Counted from the stretch's first letter, positions 19,593-29,871 are shown. The stretch is DNA of 64,000 nucleotides from Nitrosopumilaceae archaeon (GCA_965203465.1 CBDBCR010000001.1:768001-832000), one strand, 5' to 3'. Notes: generated by a model from the sequence alone, not told the origin. Made by a program: numbers and translations.

Positions 19593-20588
19593 CTACACGT
19601 CCACCTGGGACCTTTCGCCCAGCAGGAACCTGCGCGGCTTGCCGCCGCCGCGGATCTCCGAGCCCTGCGCTATTATGCTGCCCGATATGGTACCGCCGTC
19701 CTCCAAGGTGCAGCCGTCCATGATTATCGAATCGGATATGGAGCACCCAGATATGCGGCACCCGTCCCCCACCGAGACGTTGGGGCCAAGCGCCGACGAG
19801 CTTATCTGGCAGCCGTCGCCCACCAGAACGGGGCCCTCCAGCTTGCAGTCCTCCGAGACGCGCGAGCCCCCCACCCGGACGCCGGATCCGAGCACGAGCC
19901 TGTTGGCGTCGATGACGTCGTCGGGGGTGCCCGTATCCTTCCACCAGCCGTCGACGAAGCCGTGCTCCAGTTTGCCGTTTTCCAATATACCCTGCAGGGC
20001 GTCGGTTATCTCCAGCTCGCCGCGCCCCGACGGGCGCAGCTTTTCTATTATGCCGAACACCGACGGCGTCAAGAGGTACACGCCGATGACTGCCAGGTCC
20101 GACGACGAATCGGCCGGCTTTTCGGCTATCCTCTCGATTCCGTCCGGGCCCAAGAAAGCGATGCCGAACCGCGACGGGTCCTCCACCCGGCACAGCAGTA
20201 TCTGGGCGTCGGGCCCCCCCTCGAACTTTTCTACGTACGGGCGCAGCCCGGCGCGCAGTATGTTGTCGCCCAGGTACACGACGAACCTGTCCGTGCCGAC
20301 GAACCCGCGGCACAGGCCGACCGCGTGGGCTATGCCCCTCGGGGAATCCTGCTCGACGTACGTTATGCCGACGCCGAACTTGCTCCCGTCCCCGTAGTAT
20401 TCGCGCACCCTGCCGCTGTGGGTACCGCCTATTACCACGGCTATGTCGGTGATGCCCGCGTCCCGCAAATCTTCGAGGGCGTACTGCGACATGGGTTTGT
20501 TGGCGATGGGCAGCAGCTGCTTCGGTCCGGTGTGCGTCAGGGGCCGCAGGCGCGTGCCGTGGCCCGCGTGCAGTATTATGCCCTTCAC
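19593..20588 (-). CDS. rmlA: Glucose-1-phosphate thymidylyltransferase (long archaeal form with left-handed beta-helix tail)
   Basis: KGIILHAGHGTRLRPLTHTGPKQLLPIANKP, YLGDN, RGELEITD, WWKDTGT; GTG start overlaps the upstream TGA. Confidence 0.93.
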   Translation of the reverse strand: MKGIILHAGHGTRLRPLTHTGPKQLLPIANKPMSQYALEDLRDAGITDIAVVIGGTHSGRVREYYGDGSKFGVGITYVEQDSPRGIAHAVGLCRGFVGTDRFVVYLGDNILRAGLRPYVEKFEGGPDAQILLCRVEDPSRFGIAFLGPDGIERIAEKPADSSSDLAVIGVYLLTPSVFGIIEKLRPSGRGELEITDALQGILENGKLEHGFVDGWWKDTGTPDDVIDANRLVLGSGVRVGGSRVSEDCKLEGPVLVGDGCQISSSALGPNVSVGDGCRISGCSISDSIIMDGCTLEDGGTISGSIIAQGSEIRGGGKPRRFLLGERSQVDV

Positions 20589-21601
20589 AGTATCCTGCCG
20601 CCCAGCGAGACCGACTCTGCTATCCTCTGCGACTCTAAAAGATGCGAATACCACTCTACGGTGCGGGTGCGCTTGGTGGCCTCGGTCTTGCCCGACTCTA
20701 GGGCCTTTGCTATCTCGGCTGCCCCGTGGCCCACGCCCAGCTGGGCCGAATAGCCCAGGCGCCTTATCTTGGCAAAGCTGATGCGGTACGAGCGCTTGTC
20801 GGGATCGCCGTACCACTCTTTTCTGAGCGGGGCCCCGGCGGCCTTGGCCACCTCCTTTGCCAGAGGCAGCACCTGCCAGTTGTTGTCGTCCGAGCCGGCG
20901 TTGAATATCTGCCCGCTTGTCTCGTCGGCCGGCGCCGACAGGACCGACAGGTACGCGGCGGACGCGTCGCTCACGTGTATGAACGGCCTCCACTGCCTGC
21001 CGTCCCTCATTATCTTAAGCTTGCCGCCGCCGGACAGGCCCAGGACCATCGCGTTGACCGCCAAATCGAAGCGCATGCGCGGCGAGAGCCCGAAGACGGT
21101 CGCGAAGCGCAGCGCCACCGGACAGAACTTCGGGCCGGCCAGTTTCAGCGCGGCCTCTTCTGCCATGCGGTTGGCCTTTGCGTACGTGGTCAGCGGGTTG
21201 ACCGGGGACTCTTCGTCCAATACGCCCTCCCTGAACCCGTATATGGAGCAGCTCGAGGCGAGCACGTACCTCTTTACGCCGTGCTTTTTGGCGAGGCGCG
21301 CCACGCGCGCCCTGCCGCGGTAGTTTATCTCCATGGTCTTTTCGGGGTCCAGCTCGCCGGACGGATCGTTGGAGAGCGCGGCCAGGTCCAGCACCGCGTC
21401 TGTCTTTGCCAGAATAGAGCCGTCGAACCAGCGCGTGTCGCCGCGCACCGTCCTGAGCCTGGGGTTTTTGGCCACGCCGGCCAGCGGCCCGGTCCCGAAA
21501 AAGAACCGGTCGAGAACCGTGACGCCGTGGCCGGCCCTGAGCAGGCGGCGCACCAGCACCGAGCCGATGTAGCCGGCCCCGCCGGTCACCAGTATTTTCA
21601 C
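20585..21601 (-). CDS. NAD-dependent epimerase/dehydratase (extended SDR)
   Basis: KILVTGGAGYIGS, ASSCSIYG, YAKAN, RFATVFG, WRPFIHVSD. Confidence 0.93.
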   Translation of the reverse strand: MKILVTGGAGYIGSVLVRRLLRAGHGVTVLDRFFFGTGPLAGVAKNPRLRTVRGDTRWFDGSILAKTDAVLDLAALSNDPSGELDPEKTMEINYRGRARVARLAKKHGVKRYVLASSCSIYGFREGVLDEESPVNPLTTYAKANRMAEEAALKLAGPKFCPVALRFATVFGLSPRMRFDLAVNAMVLGLSGGGKLKIMRDGRQWRPFIHVSDASAAYLSVLSAPADETSGQIFNAGSDDNNWQVLPLAKEVAKAAGAPLRKEWYGDPDKRSYRISFAKIRRLGYSAQLGVGHGAAEIAKALESGKTEATKRTRTVEWYSHLLESQRIAESVSLGGRIL

Positions 21602-21638
21602 GGGGCGCGCCGGCGCCGGGCGGTTTTAATGTATTGCC

Positions 21639-22469
21639 TCACTTTACCCCAACCCAGGCAAGCTGCGCCCCCTGCCCCACGTGGCCCAGCCTCGCATCGT
21701 AGTATGCCAGGGCGTACGCGTCCGAAAAGCCCGCCTCCCGGCACATGTCCAAAAAGTCCCACCCGTAGTCGTAAAACACCAGCGAGCCCTTTTCGGAGAG
21801 CGGGTTGCCGTGGTACTGCTCGGGCAGCAGGTGCCTCACCGTATCTCCCTCCAGGCGCGCCCGCCGGACAGTCCTGCCTGTCGTCGAGCGGAAGAACGGA
21901 AACGTCGCCAGCATTTTGCCGCCCGGCCTCAGTATCCGGCAGCATTCTGACAAAGCTTCGCCGATGTCGGGCACGTGCTCGAATACGTCGCTCGAGACGG
22001 CCAGGTCGAACGTGCCGTCCGCAAAGGAGAGGCGCCCGGCGTCCTCGTGTCGCACGCCGTCCACTACCCGGCCGCCCGGGTACCCGGGCCCCAGGTACTC
22101 GCTGCCCGTCAGGCGGGCGCGGCGGCTCAAGAACGCGTACAGCTGCGTGACGTATTCGTACATGTACACGTCTCCCCCGTGCCGCATGACGTACGAGGCG
22201 ACGAACCGCTGCCTGTTGCTGAGGCCGCAGAGGGGGCAGGCCAGGTACTCGCGGTACACCGAATCGTAGTCGTCGCGCACGTTCTCTACGGAAAACTCCA
22301 CGTTTCGGCCGCACGGGCCGCACCTGCCGCGCACGCCCCACCGCTGTATTCCGCGGTGCCTCGAGGCCGCCCGCCACTCGGCCCTCCGCCTGCGCGCGCG
22401 GAGCGCAACGGACGCGGCGTAGAATTCGGCTGCCGACCTGCACTCTACAGTCCAGGCAGGCGTGCGCAA
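21639..22469 (-). CDS. Class I SAM-dependent methyltransferase (glycan-associated)
   Basis: CPLC, GSEYLG, LSFADGTFDLAVSSDVFEHV, ILRPGG, QYHGNP. Confidence 0.85.
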   Translation of the reverse strand: MRTPAWTVECRSAAEFYAASVALRARRRRAEWRAASRHRGIQRWGVRGRCGPCGRNVEFSVENVRDDYDSVYREYLACPLCGLSNRQRFVASYVMRHGGDVYMYEYVTQLYAFLSRRARLTGSEYLGPGYPGGRVVDGVRHEDAGRLSFADGTFDLAVSSDVFEHVPDIGEALSECCRILRPGGKMLATFPFFRSTTGRTVRRARLEGDTVRHLLPEQYHGNPLSEKGSLVFYDYGWDFLDMCREAGFSDAYALAYYDARLGHVGQGAQLAWVGVK

Positions 22470-22470
22470 C

Positions 22471-23394
22471 CTATCTGCCGCCCAGCAGTTCGGGCGCCTC
22501 TCTTTCCACCTGGGTTTTCATGAGGGCCAGCGCCTCTTTGGTTCCCGGGTGGGACAGGCCGAGGCGCCGCATCTTTGAGGAATCCAGGCAGGAGCGCGCG
22601 GGCCTGGCCGCCTTTTGCGGGAACCGCGAAGAGTCGGTGGGCAAGACAAGATCCGGGTCGTGGCCGAATATGCCGGCGAGCCGGACCGCGAACTCGTGCC
22701 TGCTCTGGCAGTCGGGGCCGGCAAAGTGGAACGTGCCCGCCCCGGGCCCCCCCGCCAGTTTCAGCAGCGCGCCGGCCAGCGAATCCGCCAAGGTGGCCGT
22801 GGCAAACTGGTCGGTCACTATGCTCACCCGCTTTCCGGCGCTCAGCGACTTTAGCAGCCACAGGGCGAAATTGGCCCCCTTGCGCGAGCTGGACCGCTCG
22901 CCGGCGTTCTCGGCCGGCGCCCAGCCGTACACCACGCTGGTGCGAACCGCCGCGTCGCCCGGGCCCAGGAGCTTCTCCCCCGCCAGTTTGGACCTGCCGT
23001 AGGCGCTCAGCGGGGCCGCCCCGTCATCTTCCGAGTACGGCGAACCTTTGGCGCCGTCAAAGACGTAGTCGGTCGATATATGCACCAGCTTGCCCGGGCA
23101 CGCCCCGGCCAAGACGCCCACGGCCGACGCGTTGACCGCCTCCGATTCGGACACGTGCTCTTCGCAATAGTCCACGTCGTGCAGGGCCGACGTATTTACC
23201 ACCGCGTCGGGGGATATATCAGATACCAGTTTGCGCACCGCGGCCGAATCTGTCACGTCCAGTCTCGTGCACGGGAACCCCAAGCCGGCCCCGCGCGAGT
23301 TGTACGTGCCATATACGTCCGCGCCCGATTCCAGGGCCAGCTCTGCCACCTTGCGGCCGACCAGCCCGCTTGCGCCCACCACCAGCAGCTTCAC
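22471..23394 (-). CDS. rmlD: dTDP-4-dehydrorhamnose reductase
   Basis: KLLVVGASGLVG, VDYCE, HISTDYVFDG, YGRSKLAGE, DQFATAT. Confidence 0.9.
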   Translation of the reverse strand: MKLLVVGASGLVGRKVAELALESGADVYGTYNSRGAGLGFPCTRLDVTDSAAVRKLVSDISPDAVVNTSALHDVDYCEEHVSESEAVNASAVGVLAGACPGKLVHISTDYVFDGAKGSPYSEDDGAAPLSAYGRSKLAGEKLLGPGDAAVRTSVVYGWAPAENAGERSSSRKGANFALWLLKSLSAGKRVSIVTDQFATATLADSLAGALLKLAGGPGAGTFHFAGPDCQSRHEFAVRLAGIFGHDPDLVLPTDSSRFPQKAARPARSCLDSSKMRRLGLSHPGTKEALALMKTQVEREAPELLGGR

Positions 23395-23467
23395 GCTCGG
23401 CCGGAGGCTGCGCGTCGTATATGTGCCTTGGCAAAGCGTGATAAGCGGGGGTGCGCGAAACGGCCGC

Positions 23468-24277
23468 GTGAAGAACGTCATGACCGTAGATTTGGAGGAC
23501 TGGTACTGCGATCTGCCGTTCCGCGAATGGGACGGCAGGGAGGACCGGCTCCAAGAGCCGACCAGGTACATGATGGATTTGTTCGAGAAGCGCGGGACCA
23601 GGGCGACGTTCTTCGCGGTGGGGTACGTCGCCGAAAGGTTCCCCGAGCTGCTCCGCGAGATACGCGACAGGGGCCACGAAATCGGCTCGCACACCTATTC
23701 GCACATCGACCTGAGGCGCGTCTCGGACGCCGAGCTCGAAAAAGACCTGGACAGGTCCGTAAGCGCCATAGAGGGCATAACGGGCCGCAAAGTGCTGGGC
23801 TTTCGCGCCCCGTTCTTTTCGGTCAGCAGGGCGCGCCCGGAGCAGTACGGGATCATACGGAAGCGGTTCGCCTACGATTCGAGCGTCTTTCCGGTCCGGG
23901 CCGGCCTGTACGGCATGCCCGGCGCGCCGCGGTTCATCTACCGGCCCGGGCCCGGCTCGTTCGGCGAGGGGGACGGCGAGTTCGTAGAGATGCCCCCGCT
24001 CACGCTGCGCCTGGCCGGGTTCAACCTGCCTGCCGGCGGCGGGTTTTATTTCAGGGCCCTGCCGTACCGCCTGACCCGCCGCGCCTTCAAAAAAGCCAAC
24101 GGGCAGGGCAGGCGGGCAGTATTCTACATACACCCCAAGGACCTGGATCCGGCCATGCCCAGGGTGCCCGGGTACGGGCGCCACTACTACTGGGGCAAAA
24201 AAGGCATACGGCGCAAGTTCGAGAGGCTCCTGTCGGATTTCGAGTTCGTCCCCGCGGCAGAGGCCCTGCCGCAATAG
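23468..24277 (+). CDS. Polysaccharide deacetylase family protein (DUF3473 type)
   Basis: TVDLEDWY, ATFFAVG, GHEIGSHTYSH, GFRAPFFS, GGGFYFR, FYIHP. Confidence 0.9.
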   Translation: MKNVMTVDLEDWYCDLPFREWDGREDRLQEPTRYMMDLFEKRGTRATFFAVGYVAERFPELLREIRDRGHEIGSHTYSHIDLRRVSDAELEKDLDRSVSAIEGITGRKVLGFRAPFFSVSRARPEQYGIIRKRFAYDSSVFPVRAGLYGMPGAPRFIYRPGPGSFGEGDGEFVEMPPLTLRLAGFNLPAGGGFYFRALPYRLTRRAFKKANGQGRRAVFYIHPKDLDPAMPRVPGYGRHYYWGKKGIRRKFERLLSDFEFVPAAEALPQ

Positions 24278-24283
24278 CAAAAT

Positions 24284-25174
24284 ATGCGCGGCCGGGGCCC
24301 GGCACCCGTGGACGTGGTGCTGATTCCGGCGTACAACAACGAGTCGGCCATCGGCGGCGTGGTCAGGGCCTCGGCCCGGAGCGCCGACGAGGTCATCGTC
24401 TGCGACGACGGCTCGTCCGACAGGACGGCCGAGCGCGCCCAAGAGTGCGGCGCGCGGGTCCTGCGGCACGAAAAAAACATGGGCAAGGGGGCGGCCCTGC
24501 GCACGCTCTTTGCAGAGGCGGCCCGGGTGGGCGCCGAGCGCGCCTGCACCATCGACGGCGACGGCCAGTTCGACCCGTCCGAGATACCCCTGCTGCTAGC
24601 CGAGCAGGAAAGGTCTGGCGCCGACGTCGTGGTGGGCTACCGGTTCGACGACCGCGCCGAGATGCCAAAGTACAGGAGGCTCGGCAACAGGATATTCGAC
24701 AGGATGACCAGCATGGCCGCCGACGTGGGGGTGCGCGACACGCAGTCGGGGTTCCGCGTGTACTCTAAAAAAGCCGTCGGGCAGATAGGCTTCAAGTCCG
24801 ACGGCTTTGCGGCCGACTCTGAAATACTGATGGACGCCGCGCGCCGGGGGATGGGGATGGCCGAGCAAAAGATAACCGTCAGGTACCCGGCAGGCTCGCG
24901 GATCCACTCGCAGAACCCCATATCGCACGGCTACGGCATATTCTACACGCTGCTGGAGCACGTGGCCGTGCGCCACCCGCTCAAACTGCTCGGCATACCC
25001 GGCGTGGTGCTGTTCGCGCTCGGCGTCGGGTATTCGGTGGTGGTCATATCGATATTCAACGACATCGGGTACTTTTCCATACCCTCCACCCTGGTGGCGC
25101 TCGGCTCGCTGATGTGCGGCCTGACCCTGCTGCTGATGGCCGTGCTCTTGTACGCCATAAAGATCTCGCGCTAG
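24284..25174 (+). CDS. GT2 glycosyltransferase (DPM-synthase-like, two C-terminal TM helices)
   Basis: IPAYNNE, CDDGSSD, NMGKGAA, IDGDGQF, DTQSGFR. Confidence 0.92.
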   Translation: MRGRGPAPVDVVLIPAYNNESAIGGVVRASARSADEVIVCDDGSSDRTAERAQECGARVLRHEKNMGKGAALRTLFAEAARVGAERACTIDGDGQFDPSEIPLLLAEQERSGADVVVGYRFDDRAEMPKYRRLGNRIFDRMTSMAADVGVRDTQSGFRVYSKKAVGQIGFKSDGFAADSEILMDAARRGMGMAEQKITVRYPAGSRIHSQNPISHGYGIFYTLLEHVAVRHPLKLLGIPGVVLFALGVGYSVVVISIFNDIGYFSIPSTLVALGSLMCGLTLLLMAVLLYAIKISR

Positions 25175-26085
25175 CGCGAGGCCGCGCGCAGGCAGGCCAG
25201 GCCGACTGCCGTAAAGAGGCCGGTGGCCACTGTGCGCAGCAGCACGGAGGCGGCAAACCCCTCGTCTTCGGGCACCCCCCGGAGCAGCAGCATGCCGGAC
25301 AGGCCGCCCTCGAATACCCCCAGGCCCGCGGGCACCATCGATACGGCCCCGATGAACGATGAGGCGTGGAATATGGCAGACAGGGTGGCAAAGTCCAAGC
25401 CCATGCCGAGCGAGCCGGCCAGCATGTAAAAGGCGGCTGCCTCCAAAAACACGACGCCTGCAGAGAGCGGCGCGGCGAGCGCGATGCCGCGCGGGCCCAG
25501 CAGGGAGCGGACCGTCCCCAGCGATTCCTCGGGGTCGGGGACCATGCGGCCGGCCCACCGGAGGCGCCTTGCGCGCCACAGCAGTTTCTCGAGAAGGCGG
25601 TGGTTGAGCACCAGCACCGAAAGGGCGGCGACTACCAGCAGCGGGGCCAGCGCGACCTCCTTTGGGACGTCGGCGAAGGCAAGAGCTACGGCTATGGCCG
25701 ACGCGCTGGCCAGCGCGTCGTGGAACCTTTCGACGAAGACGACGGCGGCAGTCCTGGATACGGGCACGCCGCAGTCCCTCTTTAGCAGCGGGGCGCGGAC
25801 CAGCTCGCCGACCCTGCCGGGCGAGAGCAGCATGGAGAACCCGGACAGAAAGTACAGGGAGCCGCGCCCGAACCCGACGGCGGCCCCGATCAGGCGCATG
25901 TAGGCGTGCCAGCGCACCGCGCGCAGAAACACGGCCGCGCACCACAGGAGCGCAAAGGCCAGGTACCCGCCCGGATCGGCCGAGAGCAGGTTGGAGGCGA
26001 CCTTTTGGGAATCGGAAAACACCGCCAGGACGGCGTACGCGGCCAGCGGGGCCGCGAGCAGCGGCAGCCATGAATATTTCGACAA
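25171..26085 (-). CDS. UPF0104/lysylphosphatidylglycerol-synthase TM (flippase-like) protein
   Basis: RW motif, SPGRVGELVR, VERFHD, PAGLGVFEGG; multiple TM segments. Confidence 0.85.
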   Translation of the reverse strand: MSKYSWLPLLAAPLAAYAVLAVFSDSQKVASNLLSADPGGYLAFALLWCAAVFLRAVRWHAYMRLIGAAVGFGRGSLYFLSGFSMLLSPGRVGELVRAPLLKRDCGVPVSRTAAVVFVERFHDALASASAIAVALAFADVPKEVALAPLLVVAALSVLVLNHRLLEKLLWRARRLRWAGRMVPDPEESLGTVRSLLGPRGIALAAPLSAGVVFLEAAAFYMLAGSLGMGLDFATLSAIFHASSFIGAVSMVPAGLGVFEGGLSGMLLLRGVPEDEGFAASVLLRTVATGLFTAVGLACLRAASR

Positions 26086-26156
26086 CCGGCGGCCGTATCC
26101 TGAGACGATTTAACCATAGCGCGGGTTTAATAGGCCGGTTGGGGCGGCCCCGCGGT

Positions 26157-26675
26157 TTGCGCGCCAGGGTGCTAGCGGTCTATCTTTTGGTGGCCCTCGC
26201 CGCCTCGGCCGGCGTGGTCGCCTACAAGGGGACGGAGGCCTACGACAGGCTGCCCGCGCCGGAGCCGACGGTGATACGCGACGTGCGCTCCGTCGACGCG
26301 GCGCCTGCCAGGACCTTCGAGGTGATGTCGGATCCGGACTCGTGGGCAAAGCTGCGCAGCGTGGAGAGCGCCCGGCTCGTGCCCGGTTCTCCGGCGTCCG
26401 TCGAGGTGGAGCTGCGCGAGTGGCTCGTCTCGGTCGATGTGCGCGCGGAATACGAGGCCCGGCCGCCCGAGTACCAGCAGCTGCGGGTGGTAGGCGGGTA
26501 CCTCGACGGGGCCACCATAACGCAGACCTTCGAGCCGGACGGTACGGGCACCGAGGTCTCGACGGTGGCAGAGCTGGACGTCCGCGCGTTCGCCATGGTG
26601 TCGGAGGCGCCCGAAGAGCTGGTGCGCGAGAGGCTCGGCGCTGCCTTGGCGGAGCTGGCCGCGATGGCCGGCTAG
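26157..26675 (+). CDS. SRPBCC/START-fold protein with N-terminal anchor
   Basis: N-terminal TM helix, then RSVDAAPARTFEVMSDPDSW...TQTFEPDGTGTEV; start uncertain. Confidence 0.7.
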   Translation: MRARVLAVYLLVALAASAGVVAYKGTEAYDRLPAPEPTVIRDVRSVDAAPARTFEVMSDPDSWAKLRSVESARLVPGSPASVEVELREWLVSVDVRAEYEARPPEYQQLRVVGGYLDGATITQTFEPDGTGTEVSTVAELDVRAFAMVSEAPEELVRERLGAALAELAAMAG

Positions 26676-26710
26676 TCAATCTATTTATTGCAACTTTGGC
26701 GCCGGGCCGC

Positions 26711-27520
26711 GTGCCTTTCGAGTTTCGGCCCCTCGAGATACCCGACGTGATATTGGTGGAGCCCAAGGCTTTCGGCGACGGCAGGGGGTTCTTTATGGAG
26801 ACGTACAAGGCTTCGGCTTTTGCGGACGGCGGGATACGGCGGCCCTTCGTTCAGGACAACTATTCGAGATCGGGGCGCGGCGTGCTGCGCGGCCTGCACT
26901 ACCAGAAAGAGCCGGCGGCCCAGGCAAAGCTGGTCTCGGTGGTGCGGGGGGAGATATTCGACGTGGCAGTGGACATACGGGCCGGCTCGCCCACGTACGG
27001 CAGGTGGGTGGGCCAGACGCTCTCCGAAGAGAACCGCCGCATGCTGTACGTGCCGCGCGGGTTCGCCCACGGGTTCTGCGTGACCGGCGAGGGGGCCGAC
27101 GTGCACTACAAGGTGGACAATGAATATTCTCCAGAGCACGACAGGGGGATAGCCTGGGACGATCCCGAGATCGGCATACGGTGGCCCGTCTCGGAGCCAG
27201 AGCTGTCCGGGAAGGATTCGGGCCACCCCGGGCTTGCCGGCGCGGACAACGAGTTCCGGTACGCGCCGCCGGGCGGCCTTGCGGGCCGGATCATCGAAGA
27301 GATAGAGGGCGTCGTAAAGGGCGACCACGCCGATTGGCGCGTCGGGATAGCCAAGGATCCGGAGCGGCGCCGGAAGGAGCTCGGCGAGCCGGATACTTGG
27401 CGGGCGTGGGACGCGGGGACCGAGGATGAGGCGCGCGCCATAGAGTGGCACTTTTTGGACAGGCGCATGCGCTCGGATCCGGGCGGGGGCGCCGGCTCGA
27501 GGCACGTGTACGTCTTTTAG
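26711..27520 (+). CDS. rmlC: dTDP-4-dehydrorhamnose 3,5-epimerase with an extra ~80-aa C-terminal domain
   Basis: FGDGRGFFME, QDNYSRS, LRGLHYQ, GEIFDVAVDIRAGSPTYG, GFAHGF, then WRVGIAKDP...HVYVF. Confidence 0.92.
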   Translation: MPFEFRPLEIPDVILVEPKAFGDGRGFFMETYKASAFADGGIRRPFVQDNYSRSGRGVLRGLHYQKEPAAQAKLVSVVRGEIFDVAVDIRAGSPTYGRWVGQTLSEENRRMLYVPRGFAHGFCVTGEGADVHYKVDNEYSPEHDRGIAWDDPEIGIRWPVSEPELSGKDSGHPGLAGADNEFRYAPPGGLAGRIIEEIEGVVKGDHADWRVGIAKDPERRRKELGEPDTWRAWDAGTEDEARAIEWHFLDRRMRSDPGGGAGSRHVYVF

Positions 27521-27954
27521 CGGGCAGATCCATGTGCGCGCGGGGATCCAAGCAGGCATTCGGGCGCTTTTTGAAGGGCGGCCAAGACGCTCTCGCACCG
27601 TGCACCGGATCGCGCGCGGCGGAGATGGTAGCGTCTGCCCGTAACCATTTGGTGCGCCCACTCCCGGTCGACGGTGTCTTGTAGTTGGCCCAAAAGTGTC
27701 CGAGCAGCTGGTGGATCTACGATAGCAGACGCGACCAAAGGAGGACAGAAGAGGCACCGCCAAGACACACCCACCGAATGCTGCTGAGCGCGTCCGTACA
27801 GGGCGTACTCTGCAGATCCGCCGGTTCGTGTCGAACACGATTGAGCGTGCGCATGCTGCCGCGCTGTGGATAAGGACAGAGTTTCGGAGGATTACGCGCG
27901 GCTTCCGGCTGACGCGCCGGGTGGCCTTGACCGGTTCGACGCAAAGCGCGTTTC

Positions 27955-28635
27955 TTACGGCCGCCTCGTCTTCTTGACGCATTCTTCAATGTCTTTGAAA
28001 AATTGGTCCGAATCGTATGCAAGATATTCGTAATGAGCCAATCCCTCCAAACCGCCGCAGATCTTTCTTGCCTTTGCCTTGTTCTTGGCATATGCGCCCT
28101 CGATGACCCTGATCAAATCCTGGGATTTGTCGCGATATACGTAAAACAACACATGCGGCAGAAGGTGCCCAGTTTGAGCTTCGAGAATCCACGCCTCTAC
28201 GAACGGGAGTATCTTTTCCAAGTTCCCTCCACCTATTTTTCTAAAAAGACTCTCCAGATTGCTCCCAATGGCATAGCTGTCTTTGATCAGTTGCTTTCCG
28301 ATCTCCATGCATTCGAGTGGATATTCTGGCGCGCAAAGCGAAAGTGTTGCGGCAATGTACTCTTTGACGAGGTGGTTTTTCGTCTTGTACAGCCACCCAC
28401 ATATCTGTACGGCGCATTTAGGATCCCGTCTGGACATGAGCGCGAGGTGATCCCTCACGTATCCTGCGATGCGCGGATCGTCCGTTTCGATCAGGTTCAG
28501 AATCTGCTCTCGCACCGTTGAAGATCCTTCCGACTTTTCGAACAGCGAGCGTATTGCGGCTTTTCTGCCCGGCAGTGTGCTAGACTCCGACAGTAGGGTC
28601 GCGAGATCTGGGTCTTTTAGATCCTCGGGTTTCAA
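27955..28635 (-). CDS. HEAT-repeat protein, truncated paralog of 37451..39583
   Basis: CAPEYPLECMEI..KIGGGNLEKILPFVEAWI..LPHVL aligns with CAPDHPLECVKI..EVGKGDLGKIRRFMESWI..LPDVL; lower GC. Confidence 0.65.
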   Translation of the reverse strand: MKPEDLKDPDLATLLSESSTLPGRKAAIRSLFEKSEGSSTVREQILNLIETDDPRIAGYVRDHLALMSRRDPKCAVQICGWLYKTKNHLVKEYIAATLSLCAPEYPLECMEIGKQLIKDSYAIGSNLESLFRKIGGGNLEKILPFVEAWILEAQTGHLLPHVLFYVYRDKSQDLIRVIEGAYAKNKAKARKICGGLEGLAHYEYLAYDSDQFFKDIEECVKKTRRP

Positions 28636-29016
28636 TTATGCGGCTGTACGTGTGCATGTTATAAACACATCTCCTCGACCGACACGCTTCTACAGGTAAC
28701 TCAAAAGTTCCGCCGACGGGATGACAATTGCCGATCGCAGACGCGTACAGGCAGGTCGAAACGGCAGTACCCGAAAGGCGAGTACATCCGCCTGCGCGCA
28801 TTTGGGCGGCCTCTGCTTGGCCGCTGCTGCGATCGGAAAACCGGCCACGCAACCAAGGCATAAATGGCCAGAGCGTGGCGAAAACGCTTGGATGAAAAAC
28901 GCGCACGCTTGGGCGCGTTCGGGACTCGGCGCCGGTGCCACATTGCAGCAGACGCAGGGCCTCGCGGCGGCCTTCAGCCGCGCGAGGCGTCCCGGCGTTC
29001 GCTGGAGTTCTGAGGC

Positions 29017-29871
29017 ATGGCCGACGAGAGCCCCCGCTCCGATGCCGAGTGGTACCGAGTGGTCGCCGGAAAAAGCAGCGAGGCAGAAGACTATTTCCAA
29101 AAGTACGAAGAATACGGCAAAATACTCGAAGCGCTCGGATTCCAATACGGGCTTTTGGACAGCGCTTCGTATCTGCATTTTTACTACAAAAACAAAAAGA
29201 CCATAAACGTCCCGAACTATGGGCCGATAACAGTCGAAGCCAACCTCACTCCTCCGCGTCGCGCAAGCATGGCGTACACCAGCTATGTCAAGAATTTCTT
29301 CCGCCTGTGGAGCATACACAAATCCATCCTCGCGGGCATGCCGTACGTGCACCACGTATTCCGCGTCCTCGGCGAATCCGTGCTCGGCCAGTATTACATA
29401 GCCTGCTATGCAGACGAATTCAACAAAAAGACCGATCAGTTCATAGAGTGCGTCGAGAACGAATCCAGTTCGTCCGAACGCGTTTTGCATAGCACGCTGC
29501 ACAGGTGCCACAACGCCCATCTTGGAATAAAGCCGGTTTATCTGAGAAAAAAGCTGTACACCCCGCAAAAGGCGTCCAGAATGGGCAAGTTGTATTCTGC
29601 CTGGAGCGCCGAAGACGTCCATTTCAACCCGCGCGTGTGGCGCGACGAAGATCCCGAAGAGACGCTGTACGACATGTGGGCTTTTCTGAGCTTTTCCGTG
29701 CACAACGTAGTCTCGTTTGTGGAAACCTACAAGACAGTCGCGTCCAAAGAGACGATCGAGGACACAGTGGGCCCGTTCATGGAAAAGTTCAGGTACATGC
29801 TGACCGACTTTGAGCCGGATTTGATCCCAGACGTGCCCGAGCACGACTTTCTGTGGTCGCTTGGCCGCTAG
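29017..29871 (+). CDS. Hypothetical protein, possible HEPN-like (R-x4-H: RCHNAH)
   Basis: 284-aa ORF with typical composition; all-helical character; function rests on this single motif. Confidence 0.65.
   Translation: MADESPRSDAEWYRVVAGKSSEAEDYFQKYEEYGKILEALGFQYGLLDSASYLHFYYKNKKTINVPNYGPITVEANLTPPRRASMAYTSYVKNFFRLWSIHKSILAGMPYVHHVFRVLGESVLGQYYIACYADEFNKKTDQFIECVENESSSSERVLHSTLHRCHNAHLGIKPVYLRKKLYTPQKASRMGKLYSAWSAEDVHFNPRVWRDEDPEETLYDMWAFLSFSVHNVVSFVETYKTVASKETIEDTVGPFMEKFRYMLTDFEPDLIPDVPEHDFLWSLGR

Larger units (their letters stand above)
19016..19620 (+). repeat. About 600-bp dispersed direct repeat, copy 1 (copy 2 at 41855-42459)
   Basis: Colinear high identity at an offset of 22839 bp. 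Covers the 3' end of the ART-like gene, its convergent partner and the last ~30 nt of rmlA. Confidence 0.92.
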
